A DNA stretch of 57,427 bases, counting the filler, from Sphacelaria rigidula (Eukaryota), in the NCBI GenBank assembly GCA_964200075.2. It is 2 parts of 2 records of this genome, joined end to end, with 100 filler letters (N's around TTAATTAATTAA, not from the genome) between each part and the next. Parts side by side here need not be neighbours in the genome. Positions count along the whole stretch, not along the records: positions 1 to 28,704 come from CAXNAA020000095.1; 1 more part is not named here. One strand, given 5' to 3'. A program made the translations under genes and the position numbers. Each line of letters begins with the position of its first letter. Within the stretch, counting starts at the first letter, position 1. The notes below the pieces were generated by a model, which made no database searches, was not told where the DNA came from, and worked only from the letters and a program-made list of their open reading frames with translations. This document shows, piece after piece, positions 13,062-24,084 of this stretch.

Positions 13062-15410
13062 AAAAGCATTCACGCATCGGGAATCGAACCCTCGTTCTTT
13101 CTACTCGTACCCTATTGGCGACAGTCGGACCATTGCACCGCCGGGGCGCGGTGGCCACATCAGAAAGCAGTTGTATTGCGGCTGTTCATATCGCTCGCTA
13201 CGATATTGTTCCCCGTAAAATATCCAGTGTATTACGGTTGAACTACCTTCCGCCACCCGCACGGGCAACAGTTACGATCAAATTTATAGTAAACCTCGAG
13301 TTTCAGATACCTCTACTACGTATTCAAATCACGGCCGCATACCACTCTGTACTGCCACTTCTGTTCTTTCTGGACTCCACTCGATCACGCTGCAGAATAA
13401 TCTAATCCCTATTCCATTCCCGGATTGTTCCGGGCACAATCGATGCCAGCATATTTAACAGTGCAAAACACGGTAGCGTGCCGACCGCATGACGATGCGG
13501 TATATCCAGAATCTCTGCAAAATATCACGGCTGCGCGGAGAATCATCCGACAGTATTTCCCCTTGAAACATAGGCTGTGTGGTTTTGCAGGGGTGAAAAA
13601 GTAGGATGCTCGTGTATGAGCACGGACCGTAACAACAAGTCGCGTGAAGATTGCTCCTACATTTTACGGGCCTTGTGTTATTAGGACCCATGAAAAGTTC
13701 AACTGAGAATTGTGTGCGCACGATTTGCACCTGTACATGTCATCGACTTGGTCCCTCTCTTCGCGTTTGTTCACTGTCTGTCCATCGGACTTCGGGGCTT
13801 CAAGTGGAGATACCATGCGCAACTTCGCGTATAGAGCCTCCCGCGCCGAAAGAGCAAAGGCAGAGAGGAGCATGCTTTTAACAGAGGTCACCCGCGCTTT
13901 GCAGCACAGTACGAACAACCCACGAGTACTCTAACAGTGAAACACGAATACCGACAAGTCAGACATGAACGATGGCTGTACGCACACAGACAAACAATAA
14001 TGGAAGCAAGCTAGGGGTTTCCGGGATCTTTATAAATTGCCATTTATATATTGAAATTACTGTCATACTGGTAATGATTTTATGATAAAGTCGGACGACG
14101 GTTTCAAACCATTATATGCCGTTTCCGGCTTGATATGCCGTGACCGGCCACGTATGCTACATACACCCCTTGCAAGTTGTCCCAAAATTCGCTTATTTTT
14201 TGCTCTGGTGAAGCCAAATCGCGTCAAAACGTGCTTCCGGTACGGCACCTCCAGCAGCACCTCCTCTGCCGGGGGGGTTTATGGCTCGCGATTGCGCCGC
14301 TCGATGTCCAAACCATAATGTACAATATAACTGGTTAATGGCTGCGCTACGCGTCACCATTCAACTGGTTAACGGTTAGAGAATCCATTTCTGAGCTCTA
14401 AAAAACGTACTCCTCTGCGCTCCCGACAAAAGGCAAGAAAATATCACCGAATGAAATCAATAAGAGGGATATCAAGAGAATAGATAATAACGGAAACATT
14501 TTTCCCCCGAGTTGATCGGGGTTGGAGTTAAAACACACCCATCAGATCTACTACTGTAGCTTACAGAAGAAGAAGGGAGAGGAAGGAGCGATTTGAATAA
14601 CAACCAAGCGATGGTCACATCAACAACCCCAGGCACCCTCGCCATTTTTCCACAAGGACTTCGTTGGTCTTTTTTACTATGCGTCAACAAAAATAACGTA
14701 AAATATTGTACCGCCAAGACTCAAAAGCAGGTCTACGTTTCTTGCGACGCAATCAGTAGCCTTCGCGACATTCATCACTTCTCCACGCGTGCAAGCGATC
14801 ACACAGTAGCGGCCGATTGTCCTCACGTATTTTCAACCGTCTACCCGCCAACCCTCCCGCCGGAACCGGCCGCGAAAACGTCTCTCTCATGCTTCTCGTG
14901 CGGTTGTTACACTGGACCGGCAACTGCACCGCTGCCGGTACACATGATGAATAATGCTCTTCTCACCCTCCGCATAAACACAAAAAAGCAGGAGAGCTTG
15001 GCTGTCGATAGCGCTTCAGCTCAACCCTTTTGGGACCGGGCCGCCAGAACAACCATTGAGGCTGGTTAGGAATGACTTGTCTGACGTGTTGCTGAAAACC
15101 CGCGTATGTTATCGCAGGGTTATGACGAAGACCGGAACTTTCGTCCAATCTAGTTTCAGGTGCAGGGTACGAATTAGGTAGTTTACATCTGATGTAGCAA
15201 GCAGTATGGGTCGCGGTAGAGAGCTTCCAACAGGATGCGGTGACCGACGGGCCGCCCGCCACTTGTGGCTTTGGATGATACTATTGTCCCCATCACCTTG
15301 CCACACAGCCCTTTGTGGTCGGGGTGGGCCGCTATTTCCCTCCTTGTTGCATGCGGCAAAATATTCTCTGCGAAAGGTATCAGCGTTGCGGTGCGCATGT
15401 ATGCAGTATA

Positions 15411-16069
15411 CTCCCTCTGTCCCATAAGTAAAGATACCTAACGGCGATAAATTGTTTAGGTATGCCAGTGATGGCGACGATGTTGTGGTTGGGTTTGTTA
15501 AAAAGGCAAAGCGCAGACGAAGCTGATGAAAAATAAATAAATATATATATATATGTTTTCATCATTAGAACTATATCGAAATATACCACACCCTGGACAA
15601 TACAATATGTTTCCAATATATATTAGTCGATCATATTGGAATTTGGCGATATATTGCCGGTGCAATATATATTGGTACCCTTAGACTGCACATGTAATGC
15701 GCGCCCAATATATATTGATGTGGGACTGTGTACATATTGCCCGCCCAATATATATTGGTACTATTGGGTTGAACACATATTGTCCCATCTATATATATAT
15801 TGGGGCAGCGTGGGCGACAACATATTGCACGACCAATATATATTAGGGTCGCATTGATGAGAACATATTGACCGGTCAACAATATATATTGGGGCAGCGT
15901 GGGTGACAACGCATTGGCCGGTCAATATATATTAGGAATTATAAGTATCGTGTACGCTCTAGGAGAGATTCAGACGCGATGGATGCCGGAGCCCGTGCAG
16001 ATTGGGAACAGCTTTAAAGGGAGCCGCAGAAGTTCGCGTGCATTACTCCGGAAAGTTGTCGGATGCGTT

Positions 16070-16113
<44 letters not shown>

Positions 16114-17690
16114 ACTGGTGAGAAAATATGGTGACAGAAGAGGCGACCCGGTATATATGCCTCCTGATGCCTATCTGGTCACCAGTGCGGGGCCACCTAT
16201 CCCGTTTCCAGCATGTAATATAAATATCTTGGCTGAACATCACAACGACAGGAAACGCGGGTCGATATGCGCCTTTTGGTACCCCTGTGGTCACCGGGGC
16301 TGTGTTGCTTATACCCTGGACAATATAATATGTTCCAATATGATACCAATACTTTGTATTGGAGCCAGCGCAAATATTGTTCTTTCAATATATGTTGTGT
16401 TGAAATGTCCTCGGAGATATTGAAGCAACAACATATCTTGCTCGTGTCATGATCATGAAGGAATGTATGTCAATATATATTGGACATGCAGTTGCTCCGA
16501 GAACAAAACGTTCAATATATATTGTGCATGCCGGCCGTGTATGTACTGAAGTGTCAATATATATTTAGTCGAGGGGATGCGTAGCATATTGTTACCATAA
16601 TATATATTGAACGCAAACCATGCAGAAGTAGCGTTTTTCCAATTTATATTGCGCACGCTGATCGGATAGCTATTGTGCAGCCAATATATATTGAACCTCG
16701 CTTGCGGAGGAATACATTGAGCATTTTCGGCATGTAAAATACGTCTTTGAATGGCGCCCGCGGACAAAGAACTGCCCACAATACTAATTCCAATACACTT
16801 TTCCAATCTATATGTTGAAAATCAATATATTTTGCTACATCAGCATGTATTGTGACCGTCGGCTCCCTCGTGTATTGCCCACCCAATATACATTGGACGT
16901 ATTGGCATATTGGGTCAGCAATGTATATATATTGACGCTTCGAGTGTCGAGTATATTGAATCGTCAATATATGTTGACCTCGGGTGACATCAAATATATT
17001 ACTCGATGAATATATATTGGTGCCTTCTCGCACGAACATATTACTCGGCCAGTATGTATCGAGGTGGCGCGTGTCGTGATATATTGTTCGGTCGATATAT
17101 ATTGCATGTCGCGAGCCTTGATATATTGATGGCACAATGTATATTGACCCTCTCTCGTGTCATCATATTGCTCGCACAATATATATTGACCATTCGACGC
17201 CTCGATATATTGAGCGGGCAATATATATTACATAATGTATTGTCCAGGGTGTGAAATATACCCCTTTTTGTATATTTTTGATCCATTTTCTCCTCATCAT
17301 TGACCGATTTTGGACGTTTTTACGCCGAGCACTAGCAATTACATGCTAACAAAATGTTGGACGGGGCGTGCGTAGGTTTATATTACGGACATGTCTAAAA
17401 TCAATGGGGGTTTCGCGATTTTCACACATATTTTGGCCCATTTTTCGCGATTCTTCGTGTACCCGGGTCTATCATGCTTTCGTGGGAAAACGAGCGAAAT
17501 ATGGCCGTTTTTGGACCGACCTACTTTTTCTCGGCCGCGCGATTGCATGGTTCAAGCACAAGCTGCAAATTTTCAACACATTTTCTCCACCCAAAAAACA
17601 CCGTATAGTTCATTGGAAAGAAAAAAAACGATCGGACATCGTTAAGGGCCCGTACAAGTTTAGGTACCTTTGCTTATGGGACAGGGGAAG
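15411..17690. mobile_element. Tc1/mariner-type (Stowaway-like) MITE, ~0.6 kb once the nested hAT copy is removed
   Basis: 31-bp TIR CTCCCTCTGTCCCATAAGTAAAGATACCTAA (15411-15441) matches the reverse complement of 17660-17690 at 27/31. TA on both sides. Confidence 0.88.
15587..17253 (+). mobile_element. Non-autonomous hAT-like element (family 1, copy C, full length ~1.67 kb)
   Basis: TIR CACACCCTGGACAATACA / TGTATTGTCCAGGGTGTG. Perfect 8-bp TSD AAATATAC (15579-15586 and 17254-17261). No coding capacity. Colinear with copy A. Confidence 0.9.
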
Positions 17691-20600
17691 TAGTACAGTA
17701 CAGTGCAGTACGCCTCTTCTACTGCAGCAGCAGGTGCCACTGCAAACTCCCTTGCGCGCTCTGGGCAAGTCTCAGCTGCCGACATTAACTGCCTATGTAC
17801 CGCTTCTTCATCCCCGCCCACTACGTACATGGTAACTGCATGCTGCAAGTCATCGGCAGGGGGATAAGCAGAAGTCGTGACGGTAGCTCGTTCTGTTTTT
17901 CCACGGCCCACTTGGGTTTAGTGCCTCGTGAAAATGACCACATTATAGCATGTAAACTTCTTCCCGATTTTTTCCGCTCCACCCTGTGTCAGTGCAATTA
18001 CCACGTTTTAGTGTAGATTTGCGACCTTCCCCTCTCCCCCCCCCCCCCGGAAAATATCGGGAACGTTGTACGGAATGCAATACCACATAACCGAGCTCGA
18101 CTACCTTGAATAGGAAACGTGGGAAGGCTTATCTGGGTCAGGAACAGGGCCTCCCCACGACCTTTGCAGTTGCATCACACTCGACAACAACCCCCGCGCT
18201 GGTCGTTCGGGTCTGGTCGATGAGTTTCGCTTCGCTGTGATTGGGCAGATCGCTCCCTGAGTTTTTTTGTATTGTTTTACCAACACAGGATCAACCCTGT
18301 GTTGGTGAGGGTACGGTCCCAAAAGGGTTCAACACCTCAAACCATACTCACCTCATCTCCATGACGCACTGTGAAAAGCACCGCAGCCGGCCGAAGGTCG
18401 GCAAGGGCTTTCGTAGGATTATATATGTTAACATCTCTTGTATGGTTTGTGCTCGACGTATGTTGTCTCATCTCTATTTTTTTCATGTATCGCCTTGACT
18501 CGATATACCTACCCGCGGATATATCCGCCGGCGGCGGGGAAAGTATATGTCGAAACATGTTGCTTGGGAGGCAACCTCGTGTCCAGCACATGCCGACACG
18601 AACCCACCGTACGTTACGGCCGCTATACTCCCTACTAGAGCACACGTCAAGACCCGAATGGATGCTGTCTACGATGCAAAGTATTGACATATATGGGGGG
18701 AAAAACGCATCGAGCCATCTAGGTCATGGCTCCTACTCACCATGTTGTTCCTTCCGAGGGCAAGTTGGCAGGGCATGACGCAATGAGGGTACGAGCTGGG
18801 CCAGCTGACAGGATTTGCGAATGCATCCGGGCCGGGCGGTGGGTAATCCGAAGCGTTGGCCGCTGATTTTGTGGCAAATTATTTTTATCATCACTACGTA
18901 CAACCTTTCCGGGGATGCTAAAAAAAAACACAGAAAGTTAGAGCGCTTTGAAGTTTCAACAAAACTAGGAAAATACTATGGTCCCTAGTGCAGTTGTGCG
19001 TCCTTGTGCAGAGATCCTGGTGCAATTTCGGCTAAACGTTCCAGGAATTTGACGCATCATTCGACTTTTCGTGTTGCACGGCTGCGCTCATTCTATCCAA
19101 GTGATGCAGCTGACTACAGTTACGAAGGTCACGAGTTCGAATGCCAACGGATTTGTTTTTTTCGTCGGTTGGATAATACTATGCAGTACATTTTTTCTCA
19201 TTCTGTTGTCAGCGGCGATCCCGTGCCTTACCACGTTGGTCTGCAAGTCACACCGATATACTCAAGTCGGTCTGATCTGGTGCCCTTGATAAGTCATGTG
19301 GTGACTTGCAAATGCGGGATTTACTGCTGGCCCAGCTCGTAGGTTACATGATTGTTGTCTGTGGAGAAGCGCTTTTGCAGGATGGCATTAGGACTTGATT
19401 GAACTTCAGCGTTGATATCATAGTTGGCAACCAGACACGTGTTTTACCGTGCCATCGGCATGGGAATAACTAATCAGACACAATTGCAGCCAGCCTCAGT
19501 CGCGTCGAACAAGAGCAAGAGGGTGAGGGGCCATGTGATGGTAGGTTTGTAGCGCATGTGTCTTCAACCGATGCTGTGTGGCCTATTTGTATCAACCTTT
19601 TATGAATAATTGCCGTCGCTCGAGTTTCCAATATCAAGGGGGAGTGACTGCGTCATCGTTGCCTTGGGTGGGGCTATCTTGTGACCACGCCTCGATATTT
19701 CGGGGATCACTGAGTGTGCGACAATCAAACAACACGGAGAGCCCGTATGCGGCACCAGGGATAAATGAACAAATGTCACGACATGTACAGAGTGACCATG
19801 AAGCACACGCTGAGGTCACGAGAACTGGAGTCTGTCGATCTGCTGACGTAAGTGCTTCCCATCCGTTACTCCCGGTCTCGTGTTGGAGGCTGAGCGTGAT
19901 TTGATCGTAGAGTGGTGTCCACACGTCCTCTTCATTGAGATGGTATAATTTGAAGGTGCCAGCACGTGTTGATCTTCTCGTTTGCCGAAAGCGCCATTTT
20001 CCGGGGGCTAAAGTGTCCAATGTGTTCGTGCGAACCTCACGTCTTTCAGTGTGCTCCTGACTTCTGCTTTTTTCGCCAACACCTCGGTTCCAGTCCATCC
20101 CAGACGATCCAATTTTACCACGACCATATACAGGGGGATGTCCCGATAGCGTTGTTGTGTGATTTATCGTGAAACACACGGGGGGTGGTGCATATGGTGT
20201 TTGTCCCTGCACATGTGAAGCTATATTTATTCGCAAACTCGGCACAACTCTCGAGGCTTACTATGGAGGAACGTCGAGCAAATGGGGCGGTCCATCATGG
20301 CTTGCTGGCGCGTCGTGTTTTTGTGGAGGATACATGATGTGGCCATGCAGTCGTTACGAGCCGTCTACCGGAACTCATCGGGGTTGTCACGTATCGGTGT
20401 TGAGGCGGGAGTTGAGCTTTATAAACTCCAACCAACGCGATGTTCATGTCTTCAAGCATGGGCTTCACCTCTCAAGCGATACCGTGGCTTTGCGACTTCC
20501 CCACGGGATGGGCAATCCGTAGCCGGTAGATACTGATACGTCCTACTCTTTGAGCGGAATGACTCGAAAGACTTCATTATCCCACATTTCGAAGTGTGTC

Positions 20601-21840
20601 ATTCACACGTTCATCCTTCATCTCCTGGTTGCGCTGAGTCTTTGTGTGCTGAGTAGGTCCAGCATTCAGCAAGGCACTGACTTAGCTTTTTGCATGAAGA
20701 GGGAGGAGTGCCAATATTTGTTACTTTTGTTCTCTGACCGGTCTTTTACAGGTGCCTGCCCCTCAGTACATCTTTCTGAGCTATCGGTTGGTGAATGGGT
20801 CGATATTGACCGAGAATGAAATGGGATTCCGTACATTTTCGTTTGGATTGCCGACCCATTCATGGAAGGATCAAAATCTGTTGTTTACACTGTTTTCAGT
20901 AGTGTGGTTTCACGTGCTTGTTCGATCAGTCTCCGTATTCGGGTGTTGTATGAATGTCAACGGATGTTGCGGAGACCGAAGGTTTGTAGCCGTCCGTCGC
21001 CGAGGATCCCACTTGCCTTTTGAGGCCCGGAGTCCTCGGCCGGTTGTGTCAATACGCACCACTACGTCAGTAGCACGAAATAATGCAGAAACGGTCAGTA
21101 TGGTACTTATGACGACGACCTTCAAATCTTCTCAAGCATACCACTTCATACGACCAGATGGCTAAACTTGAGTCAAGGTACTTTCAGAGACACCTGTGAT
21201 ATACATACATTCGATTTTTGTCAAGCCTTTCTGCATGACGCAACTCACGACACCGAGGGGTGGGCTATGAATTGCTTGTGAAGGCTCGAGATCTTACTTT
21301 CAATGATGAAAACAATATCAACCCGTAGTTTGTTTTTCGATCGATATCGTTTACCTTTACTGCTGTTTTCGGCCGTGGTGTATGACATGTGTTGGTGTTG
21401 CGTTTTACATGAGCTGCACAATCCGGTGGAGGATCCGGTAGAGGAAATATGCAGGGTTTTGCCAATTTCTCCACCGGAAGCATCGGCAGCACTACGTTCT
21501 GTTTCCGAAGTGGAACGTTTGACAAGGCAAACGCCTCACTGATTTCGCCACATAGTGAAGGCCCATGCGAAATATAAACAGCCTGTGTTTACCGTTTTCC
21601 CTCGAAGTACTGTATGTCACGGTTGACGAACGCTTGACAATCTTGACGGCTTTTGAACCGTTTAATATTCTCAGGCAGCATCAAGAGGAACTACCAGCTC
21701 CTCTGTTCGGTCATGTAACAGTGGGACTGCTTGAAGCAGCCGAAATTGTGTGCGCTAGAGCCTCTCGCTTTATCGGCGTAGGGGTGATACGAGCTTGGCA
21801 GTGCGCCCAGGAGGGCTGCTTGGAATGACCATCAGATGGC

Positions 21841-24084
21841 ATGACGGGCGTCAACGTCGTGGAGGTGTCGGTGAACAGGGTTGGGATTGCCGATGAAGAA
21901 AGCAAGGATTGCGTCACCGAGGGCTGCTCCAAGAAACCATCGCACGGTGTAGCGGGAAGCCGGATGGCGGAGTTCTGCGCCACCCACGCAAGGTCGGGGA
22001 TGACCAATTTGACGAGCAAGAAGTGCGGCAACGAGGGCTGCTCCGAACAGCCATGTTACGGTGTAGCGGGAAGTCGGAAGGCGAAGTTCTGTGCTGATCA
22101 CGCGAGGATGGGGATAGTCGATGTAAGGAGCAAGAAATGCGGCCACCAGGGCTGCACCAAACAATCATCGTACGGTGCAGCGGAAAGCCGGAAAAGGGAA
22201 TTCTGTGCCGAGCACGCCAGGCTGGGAATGGTAAATGTAGTAAGTAAGAAGTGCGGCCACGAGGGCTGCTCCAAACAGCCATCGTACGGTGTATCGGGAA
22301 GTCGGAAGGCGGAGTTCTGTGCCGATCACGCCAGCGTGGAGATGACCAATGTAGTGAGCAAGAAGTGCGGCTACCAGGGCTGCTCCAAAATCCCATCGTA
22401 CGGTGTAGCGGGAAGTCGCAAGGCGAAGTTCTGCGTCGACCACGCCAGGTTCGGGATGGTCGATGTGAGGAGTAAGAAGTGCGGCAACGAGGGCTGCTCC
22501 AAAATTTCATCGTATGGTCAAGCAGGAAGCCGGATGGCGGAGTTCTGTGCCGCCCACGCCAGGTGTGGGATGATCAATTTGATGAGCAAGAAGTGCGGCA
22601 ACGAGAGCTGCTCCAAAGTCCCATCGTACGGTGTAGCGGGAAGTCGGTTGGCAGAGTTCTGTGTCAACCACGCGAGGGTGGGAATGGCCAATGTAGTTAA
22701 CAAGAAGTGTGGCGACGAGGGCTGCTCCAAGAGTCCGTCGTACGGTGTAGCGGGTAATCGGTTGGCGGAGTTCTGTGCCGATCACGCAAGGGTGGGAATG
22801 GTCAATGTGAAGACCAAGAAGTGCAGCAACGAGGGCTGCTCCAAGATCCCATCGTATGGTTTAGCGGGAAGTCGCAAGGCGGCGTTCTGTGCTGATCACG
22901 CCAGGTCCGGGATGGTCGATGTGGTGAGCAAGAAATGTGGTAACGAGGGCTGCTCCAAAATCCGAACGTACGGTGTAGCGGGAAGTCGCAAGGCGGAGTT
23001 CTGTGCCAATCACGCCAGGTCTGGAATGGTCGATGTGGCGAGCAAGAAGTGCGGCAACGAGCGCTGCACCACACGACCATCGTATGGTGTAGCGGGAAGC
23101 CGGAAGGCTGAGTTCTGTGTCGACCACGCCAGGTCAGGGATGGTCGATGTGGCGAGCAAGAAGTGCGGCAATGAGGGCTGCTCCAAACGACCATCGTATG
23201 GTGTAGCGGGAAGCCGGAAGGCGGAGTTCTGTGCCGACCACGTCAGGTCAGGGATGGTCGATGTAGTGAGCAAGAAGTGCAGCAACGAGGACTGCTCCAA
23301 ACGACCATCGTATGGTGTAGCGGGAAGCCGGAAGGCAGAGTTCTGTGTCGACCACGCCAGGTCAGGGATGATCGATATAGTGACCAGAAAGTGCAGCAAC
23401 GATGGCTGCTCCAAACGACCATCGTATGGTGTAGCGGGAAGTCGGAAGAGGGAGTTCTGTGCCGATCACGCGAGGGCGGGGATGATCAATGCGGGGAGCA
23501 AAAAGTACCGCAACGAGGGGCGCTCGAATCGGCATGTGTACCACGTTGATGGCGTCGAAGAGGGTAGCTTATGCCAACGTGCCGTATCTCGAGCACCCAA
23601 GGGAGAGCAACATCGAGACATGTTCGATGAACATTTTACCCATGACGGACAACCAAATCATTCCACTAGTCACAATAGTGGTGCGTGTGGTGTCAGGTTC
23701 GGCTCTGTTTTGCTCGTAAGTTCCGAATATGTTGGTTCGCAGCCTGCCGAGGACACCGAACGAGGACCTCTGGGGACAAGGCCACACGTGAGGGTGAAAT
23801 CGGAAGTGTCTGCTCACCTTCAGCGTCCCAAGCAGACCCCGCGAAGGAGGGTTGGCGTGGCCACTTACTCCGATGAAGGTGGGGGCAGTGGGATTGACAG
23901 TAACTCCAGCGATAGTTGTGATGAAAGAATGAAAAAGCGGACTTGCAAGACGCCATCGATCGTTCGTGAACAGCTTCGGCCAGAAGATGCTCTTGTGGAT
24001 GCTTCTTCAGTGATATTCCAAAGCAAGGAGGAAGACTTGAAGATGGAGCTCGCAGTTTCGGCTCCGTTACCCGGCCTTGCGTAA
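21841..24084 (+). CDS. EsV-1-7 cysteine-rich repeat protein (14 x 38-aa C-x4-C-x16-C-x2-H repeats plus low-complexity C-terminal tail), single exon
   Basis: 747-aa uninterrupted ORF. Repeat consensus CGNEGCSKxPSYGVAGSRKAEFCADHARSGMVDVVSKK occurs 14 times (21910-23505, 114-bp period), with a degenerate 15th unit (YRNEGRSNRHVY). The pattern matches the EsV-1-7 motif known from Ectocarpus siliculosus virus-1 and brown algal proteins such as IMMEDIATE UPRIGHT. The true start is uncertain because an in-frame degenerate unit with a TGA lies just upstream. Confidence 0.9.
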   Translation: MTGVNVVEVSVNRVGIADEESKDCVTEGCSKKPSHGVAGSRMAEFCATHARSGMTNLTSKKCGNEGCSEQPCYGVAGSRKAKFCADHARMGIVDVRSKKCGHQGCTKQSSYGAAESRKREFCAEHARLGMVNVVSKKCGHEGCSKQPSYGVSGSRKAEFCADHASVEMTNVVSKKCGYQGCSKIPSYGVAGSRKAKFCVDHARFGMVDVRSKKCGNEGCSKISSYGQAGSRMAEFCAAHARCGMINLMSKKCGNESCSKVPSYGVAGSRLAEFCVNHARVGMANVVNKKCGDEGCSKSPSYGVAGNRLAEFCADHARVGMVNVKTKKCSNEGCSKIPSYGLAGSRKAAFCADHARSGMVDVVSKKCGNEGCSKIRTYGVAGSRKAEFCANHARSGMVDVASKKCGNERCTTRPSYGVAGSRKAEFCVDHARSGMVDVASKKCGNEGCSKRPSYGVAGSRKAEFCADHVRSGMVDVVSKKCSNEDCSKRPSYGVAGSRKAEFCVDHARSGMIDIVTRKCSNDGCSKRPSYGVAGSRKREFCADHARAGMINAGSKKYRNEGRSNRHVYHVDGVEEGSLCQRAVSRAPKGEQHRDMFDEHFTHDGQPNHSTSHNSGACGVRFGSVLLVSSEYVGSQPAEDTERGPLGTRPHVRVKSEVSAHLQRPKQTPRRRVGVATYSDEGGGSGIDSNSSDSCDERMKKRTCKTPSIVREQLRPEDALVDASSVIFQSKEEDLKMELAVSAPLPGLA
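21910..23505 (+). repeat. Coding tandem repeat, 14 x 114 bp
   Basis: Each unit starts at a TGC/TGT codon after ...aagaag and has an exact 114-bp period. Units 11-14 are nearly identical at the DNA level. Confidence 0.95.

Larger units (their letters stand above)
9255..13156 (-). mobile_element. SINE S1 copy split by hAT copy B (head 13156-13062, body 9479-9255)
   Basis: The reverse strand of 13062-13156 has the head, A-box CGGTGCAATGG and B-box GGTTCGATTCC. The reverse strand of 9255-9479 continues the alignment to 49930-50190 (TCCACCGTGGA...AAATGCAAGGCGTGTACCGG...GTCCCGAG). Confidence 0.75.
15025..18327. mobile_element. piggyBac-like non-autonomous element (~1.0 kb once nested inserts are removed)
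   Basis: Perfect 14-bp TIR CCCTTTTGGGACCG (15025-15038 / 18314-18327). Flanks TCAA and TTCA, each one mismatch from TTAA. The same left end appears after an intact TTAA at 57365. Confidence 0.75.

Noticed and set aside
2710-17286. Many short I/Y-rich ORFs (QYIL, NIY motifs)
   Set aside because: They are translations of the CAATATATATTG arrays in non-coding hAT elements.
21826-21828. Selenocysteine codon
   Set aside because: The TGA aligns with an Arg (CGA) position of the repeat, not a Cys position, and no SECIS was identified.
21711-23549. Antisense and alternate-frame ORFs over the repeat array
   Set aside because: They are shadows of the 114-bp coding repeat.
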